64,000 nucleotides of DNA from Octopus sinensis (lineage: Eukaryota): contig NC_042997.1 in NCBI RefSeq assembly GCF_006345805.1, forward strand, positions 208,816,001-208,880,000, given 5' to 3'. The position numbers and the translations under genes were made by a program. Positions 25,876 to 39,572 of the stretch are shown one piece after another (the stretch's first letter is position 1; each line of letters opens with the position of its first letter). The notes beneath the pieces were generated by a model, which was given only the letters and a program-made list of their open reading frames with translations, was not told the origin of the DNA and searched no databases.

Positions 25876-27086
25876 AGGCGGCGAGCTGGCAGAAACATTA
25901 GCACGCTGGGTGACATGCCTAGCGGTATTTCGTCTGCAGCTACGTTCTGAGTTCAAATTCCGCCGAGGTCAACTTTACCTTTCATCCTTTCGGGGTCGAT
26001 AAATTAAGTACCAATTACGCACTGGGGTCGATATAATCGACTTAATCCGTTTGTCTGTCCTTGTTTGTCCTCTCTGTGTTTAGCCCCTTGTGGGTAGTAA
26101 AGAAATAGGTATTTCGTCTGCCGTCACGTTCTGAGTTCAAATTTCTCCGAGGTCGACTTTGCCTTTCATCCTTTCGGGATCGATAAATTAAGTACCAGTT
26201 GTGTACTGGGATTGATCTAATTGACTGGGGCCCTTGTGCCTAGAGTAGAAAAGGACATTTAAGGCGGCGAACTGGCAGAATCGTTAGCTGGACGAAATAC
26301 TTAGCGGTATTTCACCCGTCGCTACGTTCTGAGTTCAAATTCCGCCGGGGTCGACTTTACTTTTCATTGTTTCGGGGTCGATAAATTAAATGTACCAGTT
26401 GCGTACTGGGGTCGATCTAATCAAATGGCCCGCTTCACCAAAATTTAGGGCCTTGTGCTTAGAGTAGACAAGAAGATTTATTTTTGTTAGCAAGTGCCAG
26501 TTCTTTTGGTCAAACTATCGTATCTCCAGCTGCTTCAGATGCCAAGATATCAAAATTTATCAAAGTGTAGTACATCATAGCTCCCGCCAGTATAGCTCTA
26601 CGGGTCACAGAAGCACGCAGGGCACTCCACTGCGGCAGGCCGCTTAATCAGACGTATAAGTATTTGTGAACCCTTTTGGTCATGAATGACCATGGGATTG
26701 CACCTAGAAAGTTACCCTCCCAGGCACAAGTCCGGGCAAGATGGTTTATGGAAGACCAGCAGTCGCCCATGCATACCAGCTTCCCCTCTCCACACCACTG
26801 ATGTTATCCAAAGGAATGGCAAAGGGGCCAACACAGCTTGGCACCTGTGACGTCGCAACTCATTTCTACAGCTGAGTGAACTGGAGCAACATGGAATAAA
26901 GTATCTTGCTCAAGGACAAAACACGCAGCCCGGTCCGGAAATCGAACTCACAACCTCACGATCGTAAGCTCGACGCCCTAATCACTGAGCCATGCGCCTT
27001 CACAGACGTATAAGTTTTAATATTTTTGAATTTTTTTAAATATTTAGACGTATAAGTTTAAATATTAAAAAATTCAAAAATATACA

Positions 27087-27135
<49 letters not shown>

Positions 27136-28540
27136 GTACACGTTGTTGGAAGGCCGATGACAATTTTTTTTTTCTTCCCTAGGCACAAGGCCCGAAATCT
27201 TGGGGGAGAGAGCCAGTCGATTAGATCGATCCCAGTACGCAACTGGTACCTAATTTATCGACCCTGAAAGGGTGAAAGGCAAAGTCGTGCTCGGCGGAAT
27301 TTGAACTCACAACGTAAGCTAAGCATTTCGCCCGGTGTGTTAACGATTCTGCCAGCTCGCCGCCTTAGGGTCGATGACTATTCATGAGTTCCTCCGCCCT
27401 TTGACGTGTCTTATTTTTCGTCCCGCGTGGTGTCCAACAATCAGCCTTCCCACCAAGCAAGCTTGGTGGGGTTGCCAGTTTAGCCGCTGACCACGACCTG
27501 ACCATGTAACAGCTTGTACTGGGTTACATGTTACCAGTAGCGTTCAAGAATGACCTGGCCAGGATCACTCAAAAGGGGTCTGAGCCGAAAATAATTGAAT
27601 AGATAAATAAATGGAAAGGGATGAGGGATGTGAACAAGGGAAATAAAATGAAATGAAGTAAATATTGGAGAAAGTCTAAAACGTGTGTTTCCTCCAGGTT
27701 TTAATTAATTACCAACATTCTGACAAGATGGCCTCCCAACATTTTCCTCTCTCTGTACACTTTCCAATACCTATTTCTTTACTGCCCACAGAGGGGACAA
27801 ACAAGGACAGACGAACGGATTAAGTCGATTATATCGACCCCAGTCCGTAACTTGTACTTATTTAATCGACCCCGATAGGATGAAAGGCAAAGTCGACCTC
27901 GGCGGAATTTGAACTCACAACGTAAGCTAAGCAAAATAAATCTTCTTTTCTACTCTAAGCACAAGGCCCAAAATTTTGGGGGAGAGGGCCATTCGATTAG
28001 ATTGACCCCAGTACGCAACTGGTACATTTAATTTATCGACCCCGAAACAATGAAAAGTAAAGTCGACCCCTGCGGAATTTGAACTCAGAACGTAGCGACG
28101 GGTGAAATACCGCTAAGTATTTCGTCCAGCTAACGATTCTGCCAGTTCACCGCCTTAAATGTCCTTTTCTACTCTAGGCACAAGGCCCGAAATTTTTTGG
28201 GAGGGCCCCAGTCAATTAGATCAATCCCAGTACACAACTGGTACCTAATTTATCGACTCCGAAAGGATGAAAGGCAAAGTCGACCTCGGCGGAATTTGAA
28301 CTCAGAACGTAACGGCAGACGAAATACCTATTTCTTTACTACCCACAAGGGGCTAAACACGGAGGGGACAAACAAGGACAGACAAACGGATTAAGTCGAT
28401 TACATCGACCCCAGTGCGTAACTGGTACTTATTTAATCGACCCCGAAAGGATGAAAGGCAAAGTCGACCTCGGCGGAATTTGAACTCACAACGTAAGCTC
28501 AGCATTTCGCCCGGCGTGTCTGCCAGCTCGCCGCCTTTTA
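25876..28540. repeat. Inverted pair of composite SINE blocks (about 25876-26483 vs 27933-28540)
   Basis: The blocks share private variants (TTTTCATTGTTTCGG, TTAAATGTACC, shortened head GTTAGCTGGACGAAA) in opposite orientation. Confidence 0.75.
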
Positions 28541-30049
28541 AAAAATTTCTGCCCTGGGTGAAGCGGTACACTTTCCAACGCCAAATCTGCCATCGTTTTC
28601 TTCAGTCGTACCGTGACCACAATCCACTTGCGAAGTGAGCTCACGGACGATCACTCGTCTGTCACGGACGATCACTCGTCTATCAGTGTCAATCATTTTA
28701 ACCGTTTGTCTTCTATTCTTTTGTTCTTTTACCTGTTTCAGTCATTAGACTGCGGCCATGCTGGGGCACCGCCTTGAAGAGTTTTAGTGAAACGAACAAA
28801 TCCCATTACTTTATTCTATCGGACCCTTTTGCCAAAGCGATAAGTTATAATGGCTTAAACACACCAACACCGGTTCCCAAGCGCTGGGGTGAGGGTGGGG
28901 CGTAAGCACACACACACACTTTCAGTTTCAATCTACGGAATCCACTCACAAGGGTTTGATCGGCCCGAGGCTATAGTAGAAGACACTTGTTCATTGTGCC
29001 TTGCACTAGGACTGAACTCGGAACCAAGTGGTTGGGAAACAAACTTCTTACCACACAGCCACGCCTGCACTTTCCAAACTTCTTACCACACAGCCACGCC
29101 TGCACTTTCCAACGTTACGTTCTGAGTTCAAATTCCGCCGAGGTCGACTTTACCTTTCATCCTTTCGGGGTCGATAAATTAAGTACCAGTTACGCACTGG
29201 CGTCGATCTAATCGACTTAATCCCTTTGTCTGTCCTTCTTTGTCCCCTCTGTGTGTAGCTCCTTGTGGGCAATAAAGAAATTAAAACTTTAGCACGCCGG
29301 GCGAAATCCTTAGCAGTATTTCGTCTGTCGCTACGTTCTGAGTTCAAATTCAGCCGAGGTTGACTTTGCCTTTCATGCTTTCAGGGTTGATTAAATAAGT
29401 ACCAGTTACGCACTGGGGTCGATATAATCGACTTAATACCTTTGTCTGTCCTTGTTTGTACTCTCTGTGTTTAGCCCCTTGTGGGTAGTAAAGAAATAGG
29501 TATTTCGTCTGCCGCTACGTTCTGAGTTCAAATTCCGCCGAGGTCGACTTTGCCTTTCATCCTTTCGGGGTCAATTAAAAAAGTACCAGTTACGAACTGG
29601 GGTCGATGTAATCGACTTAATCCGTTTGTCTGTCCTTGTTTGTCCTCTCTGGCACATTGCTCTTATCAGTGGAGTCATCTCTGGAAACAAGCTGCAGCCT
29701 TCTGTGGACGTTGGGCAGCCATCACTTCTCCTTCGTCCAGAGATTTTCGAGAGGAAAATTGACTCTGCCAAATCAGTCGGTTTGGAACTGACCTGTGTCA
29801 GTTAATGAAAGAACTTCTGCATTACTTTCAGTCTAACCCTTGTGCGTACCTGCATATGTATACACACACACACATACACACATATACATACATACCTGAC
29901 ACATACCGTTCTGTGTGTACTTGAATCTATATATGAACGCGCGTGTGCGTGTGAGTAAGCGCGCTTATACGTGTGTGTGTGTGTGTGTGCGTGCGTATTT
30001 ACATGTCTAATTAAATGTATAGTTCTCTGACCTGAAACCTGCAATCTTT

Positions 30050-30664
30050 CTAATCTCCCTCTCTCTCTCTCTCTGTCTCACTCCCTTTCTCTCTCTCTCT
30101 CTCTCTGTCTCACTCCCTTTCTCCTTCTCTGTGTCTCATCCCTTATATCTCTCTCTATCTCTCTCTTGTCTCACTCCCTTTTCTCTCTATCTCTCTCTAT
30201 GCCCCACTCCCTTCTCTCTCTCTCTCTCTCTCTCTGTCTAACTCCCTTTCTCTCCTCTCTCTCTCTATCTGTCTCTCTTGCTCTCTCTCTCTATGTCTCT
30301 CTCTCTCTATCTCTGGCTCACTGCAATTTCTCTCTCTCTCCTCTCTCTGTCTCACTCCCTTCTCATCTCTCTCTCTCTCCTCTGTCTCACTCCCTTCTCT
30401 CTCTCTCTCTCCCTCCTCTCTCTCTCTGTCTCACTCCCTTTCTCTCTCTCTCTCTCTCTCTCTCTGTCTCACTCCCTTTTCTCTCTCTCTCTTCTGTCTC
30501 ACTCCCTTTCTCTCTCTCTCGTCTCTCTGTCTCACTCCCTTCTCTCTCTCTCTCTCCTCGCTCTCACTCCCTTTCTCGCTCTCTGTCTCACTCCTTTCTC
30601 CCTCTCTCTCTCTCTCTCTGTCTCACTCCCTTCTTTCTTTCTCTCTCTCTCTCTCTCTCTCTCT

Positions 30665-30708
<44 letters not shown>

Positions 30709-30725
30709 CCCCCTCTTTCTCTCTC
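30050..30725. repeat. (CT)n/CTCACTCCCTTT compound microsatellite
   Basis: Direct inspection. Confidence 0.95.
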
Positions 30726-31601
30726 CTCCACGACCATTTCTCCCTATATAATTCTACAATCCTTCCACGTCTTCGGCCTTTCATTCTCCTTAACGCATGT
30801 CAAAACAAGAATCTCTTACCAGCACAAACGGCTGACCTTTTTTCATCTGCGACAATGAAGTGAGGTCACTGCCATGGTTTCTGTTGCTCGTGAACAGACA
30901 CACAAGGTCTCCTAGAAATAGGAGTAATCGTGATTTCCAGATTTCACGCGCGAAGGTCTCCGTCTTCGTGGGGCATCGGTGTCGGCGAAAGCTCTGCTCA
31001 AAGCTTTTTGCTTTATTCACCTCACACACACACTCATATATGTAACGATAATGATACCCGTTGCTCGTCTGCCGTTACGTTCTAAGGCAAAATAATTATT
31101 GAAAAAAAAAAATACATATGGCCAAATTTGGACAAACGACAGTTTAACATAAAAGCAACGATATATAGATACCAAATCCAATAAAAACCGTAGCTCCGAC
31201 ACAGGTTCCAGGTGTGCGAGTATATCGCCAAAATCACTTTGTGAAAGAACAACGAGTTATCTCCCCTGCACTGTAGAGCTGTGATTCCCAGCCTCTGCTC
31301 CTCGAAGGTAGTACTGAGAGAAGGGGGGGCGTGAACTAAATTCAAAATTCCACCGCGTGTGTACCGTTGGCGACTTTTTTTCCTCTGTCTTCCCTTCTCT
31401 GGATCTTTCCTTCTCCTATGTTTCCGACGAAGAGCTCCGCTCGAAACGTTAAACCCTCCTCCTTTCCTTCTTTCCTGAGCGTCCTCCAATATATATATAT
31501 ATATATATTGTATCCACGTACCTATGCATATGTTGTGTATTATCTATGTATTGGATTAATCTATATATATATATATGTATATATATATGTATATATATAT
31601 G

Positions 31602-31632
<31 letters not shown>

Positions 31633-31633
31633 G

Positions 31634-32040
31634 CGCAGGATGGTGGGTGGTAAGTAGCTTGCTTACCAACCACATGGTTCCGAGTTCAGTCCCACTGCGT
31701 GGCACCTTGGGCAAGTGTCTTCTACTATAGCCTCGGGCCGACCAAAGCCTTGTGAGTGGATTTGGTAGACGGAAACTGAAAGAAGCCCGTCGTATATATG
31801 TATATATATATATATACATGTGTGCGAGTATGTTTGTGTGTCTATGTTTGTCCCCCCTAGCATTGCTTGACAAACGATGCTGGTGTGTTTACGTCCCCGT
31901 AACTTAGCAGTTTGCCAAAAGAGACCGATAGAATAAGTACTGGGCTTACAAAGAATAAGTCCCGGGGTCGATTTGCTCGATTGAAGGTGGTGCTCCAGCA
32001 TGGCCGCAGTCAAATGATTGAAACAAGTAAAAGAGTAAAA
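31634..32040 (+). mobile_element. CORE-type tRNA-derived SINE (other copies near 14630-15017, 28725-29075, 35290-35716, 40521, 46420, 54810-55170, 62632-63050)
   Basis: tRNA-like head with GTTCAGTCCC B box, ACCTTGGGCAAGT core-like motif, internal TA/TG microsatellite, tail GCTCCAGCATGGCCGCAGTCAAATGA. Confidence 0.75.
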
Positions 32041-32449
32041 GAGTATACATGCATATATGAGTACGGACACCACAAATAAACGTAGAACACAACGAGAAAC
32101 GAACTGTGTGGTTGGGAAGCAAGCTTCTTATCACACAGTTATGCCTGCGCTTATTTTTAGGTGGGTGAAGCCGTGGTTCTTCTGAGCCAAGAGTGGAGGT
32201 GGGGAGCTTCAGCCAGGGGAGGGGTCAAGGTAGAAGTGACCACGTCGTGATCCCTGTTTTATGAATAAATTGGTATTACTTGCGAATTCTTCCAAAGTAT
32301 TTCGAAGGCAAGTTGAAAGATAACGGATGAGATTAGTTTGGTCAAAGGTCTGCTTGGTCAAGGTTGACCTAGGGTTAAACAGAGAACATCAGCATCTCTG
32401 GCACAAAACCAGGGAAATGGTATGTTGTGAGACATGAAGGGCAGAAAAG

Positions 32450-32487
<38 letters not shown>

Positions 32488-32489
32488 GC

Positions 32490-32531
<42 letters not shown>

Positions 32532-33050
32532 GCCTCGCATTGAACAGTTCCAACCGTGACCAATCATCTATTTACGCGGCACAGCATATCTAGGACTACA
32601 GTATCCAATGTGCCTTCCTTTTCTACAACGGCAGACGAGATGTGAGGAAAGGTTGACTCCTGTATCCTGTAGATCGTGCGACCGCGTTGAGGTCACAAAT
32701 TTTTTATCTGTTTTATCCCATCTGGATGAATCATTGGTGCGTCGAACAAAATGATATGTGACAGTGCTTCCGGCTTTGCCTTCTGAATTCAAAATCTACC
32801 AAGATCGACTTTGCCTTTCATCCTTTCCAGGTCGATAAAATAAGTACCATTTGGGCACTGGGATCGCAGTAATCGACTTCCTCACTTCCCCTAAAATTTC
32901 AGACCTTCTACCTATGGAAAGAATTGTTGTTTTGCTGTTGTTTTTGTTGCTTAGTAATCCTCCACATCGGTGCTTACCAACCTTTCACTACCGAGGACTC
33001 CTTTTATTTAAATGAGTTTTTCCACAGATCTCTCTTAGTATACTTAGCCT

Positions 33051-33099
<49 letters not shown>

Positions 33100-33100
<1 letters not shown>

Positions 33101-33441
33101 ACTCTTGTGTCAGGGGAGAGTTACCCTCTTTTGGTTCCTTATAATTTAACACACTCACCGGTAAAATTTCCACTGATTTCCTTCTTTATTTCTCTAAAAT
33201 TTTCGATGCAAAACTATTGAAAAGGTTGCAAGACGCAGCAATTTTTTTTTAAATAAAGAAGGAAATGAATAGAAATTTTACCGGTGAATTTGTTACATAA
33301 TAAGGCACAAAAAGAAAATGACTCTCCCCAGACACAACAGAATATGCTTCAACACACAAACTCACATAAAGAATCTTGCAACCAAATCCCAAAACGAATA
33401 CATACATATATATATTTATTTATGTACATATTTATACATAC

Positions 33442-33506
<65 letters not shown>

Positions 33507-33865
33507 CTCTTGTGTCAGGGGAGAGTTACCCTCTTTTGGTTCCTTATAATTTAACACACTCACCGGTAAAATTTCCACTGATTTCCTTCTTTATTTCTCT
33601 AAAATTTTCGATGCAAAACTATTGAAAAGGTTGCAAGACGCAGCAATTTTTTTTTAAATAAAGAAGGAAATGAATAGAAATTTTACCGGTGAATTTGTTA
33701 CATAATAAGGCACAAAAAGAAAATGACTCTCCCCAGACACAACAGAATATGCTTCAACACACAAACTCACATAAAGAATCTTGCAAACCAAATCCCAAAA
33801 CGAAATACATACATATATATATTTATTTATGTACATATTTATACATACATATATATTTATATATG

Positions 33866-33913
<48 letters not shown>

Positions 33914-34378
33914 ATATATATACCGGAGTAAACACATAAATGTGAAACAAGGTGGAAAAAAGAGTACTCAAATACCAGGGGTAGAGTAATATGCTTTATT
34001 TAAAAGCAGCAGAAAATTCAACAAAACCTGTTACTCGTTCCCGTTCGTCGGACAGTTTTTCTAGCAAAAACTGTCCGACGAACGGGAACGTGAAACTCAG
34101 AGTAACACATTTTGTTGAATTTTCTGCTGCTTTTAAATAAAGCATATATATATATATATATACATTGTGGGAAGTACTGTTTCGGCGTGGTCGTGTTCTG
34201 GCCTTACCTTCGAAACACGCATTGAGTCGAAACAGGGGCAGCTGAAGAAGGGGAATTTTCCTTGTACTGTTTGTCCTGTACTCTGTTTTTTCGTTGTTGA
34301 AAAGAGTCCGTTTCCTTGTTTGATTTTATGTTTTCGTTTCTCGTTGTGTTCTACGTTTATTTGTGGTGTCCTGTACTC

Positions 34379-34412
<34 letters not shown>

Positions 34413-35030
34413 GCATGTATATATACATATAAATGTAGGTATGTACATTTATGTATGTATGTATGCATATGTTTTATTTATTAAATTGTTGTATATATAT
34501 GGAATTTTGAATTTAGTTCACGCCCCTCCCTCCCTCAGTACTACCTTCGCGGAGCACAGGCTGGGAATCACTGCTCTACAGTGCAGGGGAGATAACTCGT
34601 TGTTCTTTCACAAAGTGATTTTGGAGATATACTTGCATAGCAAGTGACCTGATCTGAGATCGTGTGCTGAAAGAAAAACAACTGCAGCGTGGAAGGTGTT
34701 TATAAGCCATTTAAAAAAACACAAAAACCATTAGATTCACTTCAACATTTAAATTTAATTTGTCAAAATATTTTCGTCGATTTGAAGCCATACTGCATAG
34801 CACGGAATTTTGTCAGTGAAGAGGTCGCGGTTTCGAAGCGACGAAAATATTTTGACAAATTAAATTTAAATCTTGAAGTGAATCTAACGGTTTTTGTGTG
34901 TTTTTTAATGGCTTATAAACAACTTCAACGCTGCAGTTTTTGTTTCAGCACACGACCTCAGATCAGGTCACTTGCTATGCAAGTACATCTCCAAAATTAC
35001 TTTGTGAAAGAACAGCGAGTTGTAGAGCTG
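33100..35030. repeat. Nest of palindromic Penelope-type pLTR relics, including a ~405-bp direct duplication (33100-33500 / 33505-33905) and hairpins centred near 34063 and 34800
   Basis: Inverted arms visible directly; degenerate hammerhead cores at 34071-34108 and 34808-34859. Confidence 0.7.
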
Positions 35031-38000
35031 TAGAGCTGTGATCCCCAACCTGTGGTCCGCGGACCCCTGATTGTGAAAGTTGTATCAAACTGCTTTCATC
35101 GTGACCGAGCAAACCTATTAAAAACAACAACATTCCAACCCAGATAATTTTGCTGGTTAAATGTACCTTGGATAACACCATCCAATGGACCTTTTGATGA
35201 CACTCGACTAACAAGTAAGTGGGATTTGGTTGTTATTTCTAGCAGATTAAGAGACTTCGTAGACGCTTCCTCTTTGACATAAATTAATTATTCACCTTTT
35301 ACTCGTTTCACTCATTAGACTGCGGCCATGCTGGAGGCACTGCATCGAAGTCAAACAACTCGACCCAGTGCTTTATTCTTTTATTCTTTTACCTCTTTCA
35401 GTCATTTGACTGTGGCCATGCTGGAGCACCGCCTTTAGTCGAACAAATCGACCCCAGGACTTATCCTATCGGTCTCTTTTGCCGAAACGTAAAGTCATGG
35501 GGGCGTAAACACACCAACATCGGTTGTCTCATAGACACATACACACACATATACGACAGGCTTCTTTCAGTTTCCATCTACTAAATTCACTCACAAGGCT
35601 TTGGTCGGCCCAAGGCTGTAGTAGAAGACACTTGCCCAAGATGCCACGCAGTGGGACTGAACCCGGAAACATGTGGTTGATAAGCAAGCTACTTACCACA
35701 GAGCCACTCCTGCGGCTATATAGTTTAACTCCTGGATTTTTACACCTATTAGACTGGGTTCTTTTTTTTTTTTTTGTGACCGGGAGTTAAACTGTATATT
35801 ATTTTCTACTCCAGGCAAAGCCCGAAATTTTGGGGGAGTAGAGCATTTGATTAGATCGACTCCAGTACGCAACTGGTACATTTAATTTATCGACCCCGAA
35901 AGGATGAAGGGCAAAGTCGACCTCAGCGGAATTTGAACTCAGAACGTAGCGGCAGACGAAATACCTCTTTCTTTACTACCCACAAGGGGCTAAACACAGA
36001 GAGGACAAACTAGGACAGACAAACGGATTAAGTCGATTATATTGACCCCAGTGCGTAACTGGTACTTATTTAATCGACCCCGAAAGGATGAAAGGTAAAG
36101 TCGACCTCGGCGGAATTTGAACTCAGAACGTAGCGGCAGTCGAAATATCGCTAAGCACTTCGCCTGGCGTGCTAACCATTCTGCCAGCTCGCCGCCTGTA
36201 ATATTAATGCAAGTATCTCGGAAACAAAACGAACAAAAGGTATAAAGAGTTGCCTCCCCTGGACCATAGTCGCTTTTAGCTTTCGTAACATTGAAACTGG
36301 AAGAAAGATTAAATATGAGGCTGACCTGCAAATTAGCGCCCCTCCTTCTTTGTGTCGTCATAATTTTCTGAGAAATGCATACTTTTTAATGAAATTTTGC
36401 AGCAGTGTGCTTTCGAGAGTGTAGTTTACAATTTCGTTGATAAAATGTTTTCGCCTTGCCCTGACATGACGTGATAGGGGCAACGGCTGTTTGCTTCATA
36501 TAAACATTGGCATTCGTTTCTAATGTTCCACGAAAACGTGCCTGGCCATCAGGTAATATTACCTTGCTTACAAACCAGTATGGATTTGGTGACAGGAAGG
36601 GATTCTGGCCATAGAACATCTGCCTCAACGAATTCCATCTGACTCATGCAAGCAAGGAAAAGGGGACATTGAAATAAATTGTCTTGCTCAAGGACACAAC
36701 TTACTGCTTGGAATGGGACTTGAACCCCTGATCTAACCATTGTTAAAATCATCATCATCATCATCACCGTTTAACGTCCGCTTTCCATGCTGGCATGGGT
36801 TGGACAGTTTGACTGAAAACGGGTAAGCTGGGGGGGGGCTGCACCAGGTTATGATCTGATTTGGCAAGGTTTCTACGGCTGGATGCTCTTCCTAACGCCA
36901 ACCATTCCGAGAACGTTGTGGATGCCTTTTACGTACCACCAGCATCAGTGCCATTGACCTGACGCCAGCATCAGCCATGACTACGGTCTCACTTGGCTTG
37001 ACAGGTCAACACAAGCGCAGTATATCGCCAAGGGCCTTGGTCACAAGTCACTGCTTCCATGAGGCCCAACGCTCGAATGGTACTTTTTGCATGCCATCAG
37101 CCACACCTATGATTAACTGGTATGATTAAAGGCGGCGAGCTGGCAGAAACGTTAGCATGCCGGGCGAAATGCTTTGTGGTATTTCGCCCTCCGCTGCGTT
37201 CTGAGTTCAAATTCCGCTGAGGTAGACTTTGCCTTTCATCCTTTCGGGGCCGATTAAACAAGTACCAGTTACGCACTGGGGTCGATGTAATCGACTTAAT
37301 CCGTTTGTCTGTCCTTGTTTGTCCCCTCTGTGTTTAGCCCCTTGTGGGTAGTAAAGAAATAGGTATCAGCCACGTCAACCTTTAAACTAGGACATACAAA
37401 AACACACAAGCATTCAGAAATGTGCCACCAGTCAATAACCAGCAATCAAGCGCTGCCATACTCTGAGCGTCTTTCTTCCCTGAGCATGGATAAATTAAAG
37501 CTCTGACATCTAGTTACCAACTTGTCAGATATCCATCCACAATATTATCCGCCATCTCTCCAACAAAAAGCTTAGACAACTTTTTGATTTTCATATGTCT
37601 AACACTCACGAACATGCTTACAAAATCGAAACACAACACAACACCCATGACTTCTGGAAATATTTCGTCATGCTCAGAATTGTTGAAGCGTGGAATAAAC
37701 TACCCACATCCTTCAACACTCCCATGCTTCTCAAAGACAGCTGTGTAAAAGAAGTGCCGATCTCTAACTGGGGAGGGAACCTATGGAAGAGGTTGACTCA
37801 GGAAGACATGGGACAAAGTGTTGAAGCATGATCTTCAAACGTTGAGCCTCCCTGGGGCAATGACTGGTGACTGAGACCTTTGGCGATGTGCTGTGCTTGA
37901 GGGGACCCATCAAGCCAAGTGCTCCCATGCTGGTGACACGTAAAGAACACCTTTTGAATGTTGGGCCTCACAGAGAAAAAGTGGCTGAGTTCCTTTCGAG

Positions 38001-38352
38001 TGTTGGGCCTCATGGAGGCAAAGTGGCAGATGCTGGTGGCATGTGAAAAGCTTCTTACAAGTGTTGGGCCTCGCGGAGGCAATGACTGAAACCTTTGGCA
38101 TTATGTTGTACATGAGAAGACCCATCAAACCGAACAAAATTGCAGTTGCGGCAGATACCAGTGTCATGCAAATTGGCACCCATGCCGGTGGCACGTAGAA
38201 GCACCCATCACACTCTCGGAGTGGTTGGCATTGGGAAGGGCATTCAGCTTTAGAAAACCATGCCAAATCAGACTAGAGTCTGGTGCAGCCTTCCAGCTTA
38301 CCACCCCTGGTCAAACTGCCCGAACCGTGCCAACATGGACAACAGACATTAA

Positions 38353-38735
38353 ATGATGGTGATGATGATGATGATGATGGTGATGGTACTGGTGGTGATG
38401 ATGATGAGGAGGAGGAGGAGGAGGAGGATGGTGATGATGATGGTGATGGTGCTGGTGGTGATGATGATGATGATGAGGAGGAGGAGGAGGAGGAGGATGG
38501 TGATGATGATGGTGCTGGTGGTGATGATGATGATGATGAGAGGAGGAGGAGGATGGTGATGATGATGAGGAGGAGGAGGATGGTGGTGATGGTGCTGGTG
38601 GTGATGGTGCTGGTGGTGATGATGATGATGATGAGGAGGAGGATGGTGATGATGATGAGGAGGAGGATGGTGGTGATGGTGGTGATGATGAGGATGGTGG
38701 TGATGGTGATGATGGTGGTGATGATGATGAGGATG
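38353..38735. repeat. (GAT/GGT/GAG)n trinucleotide tract at an RTE-type SINE tail
   Basis: Direct inspection; follows the CCATGCCAACATGG..ACATTAAATGATG tail. Confidence 0.9.
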
Positions 38736-39200
38736 GATACCCCTGATAGCCACCCTCTTGTTTGACCAATTCCTCCACTCTTTATTTTCTGTGCATTATT
38801 CTACTTTCCCGTTCACCCACATTTTGGCTCCTTTTCATCATGACTGGTGGAATGGCCCCTGAGCCCTGTACAAAATAAGTCCATTGTATTCTTCACTCCT
38901 CCGCTGCCATTCCATCAGTCATGACGACAACAACAAGGGTTCCAGGTAACCCAATCAACAAAACAGCCTGCTCATGAAATCAACTTGCAAGTGGCTGAGT
39001 GCTCCACAGACACGCACTCCCTTAGTGTAGTTAGTTCTTGGGGTGGTTCAGTGTGACACAGAGCATGACAAGGCTTACCCTTATGAATTACAGGTACTAC
39101 AAATGTTTACTCGCTAAGTACTCTGGAGTAACGTGAAATAAAGTGTCTTGCTCAAGGATACAACAGGCAAGTGAGAATTGAACTTGTGACCTAAGGATTA

Positions 39201-39572
39201 TGTTATGATGTGGTGTTTTTCAGTTATAATGTGTGGTTACCACTGCTATGACTGTAGCTGTTGCGTCCACTCTAGTAGTCACAATATTTTCTTGGTACCA
39301 TGTAAAGTGTATCTCTTCTATGCTGGAATGGTAACACACAGCTTTGTCTAACCCTAACCCTACCACCGATAGCTCTGCAAGACTTCAACTTTGAACCGTC
39401 CACCTTGACTGTGACTCGAACTCAACTATAACACATAACTGACACTTAACTCCAACTGAGAACTACAACAACTGACACATGACTCCCTCTACTGGCTGAT
39501 GTCGTCTCACTTCATAGTGGCTGGTTCATACCACATGTCCCTTGGGAGGGGTGTACCATTTCCTCTACAACA
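39201..39572. mobile_element. Solo LTR (372 bp) just upstream of the acceptor of DD3-3-like B coding exon 1
   Basis: TGTT...AACA termini, 5-bp TSD GATTA at 39196-39200 and 39573-39577. Confidence 0.7.

Noticed and set aside
26680-26850. HDV-like ribozyme in a SINE tail (minus strand)
   Set aside because: P1/P3-like pairings are present but I could not find a convincing P2 pairing or J4/2
29655-29810. Possible minus-strand exon (WLPNVHRR-containing frame)
   Set aside because: An in-frame stop immediately upstream, no recognisable family and no linked exons
30166-30858. 230-aa Ser/Leu ORF
   Set aside because: (CT)n microsatellite
38283-38778. Poly-D/E, poly-H and poly-S ORFs
   Set aside because: Trinucleotide tail of an RTE-type SINE, no splice or homology support
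39348-39364. Telomeric (CCCTAA)n seed
   Set aside because: Only about 2 units inside a solo LTR; compatible with chance
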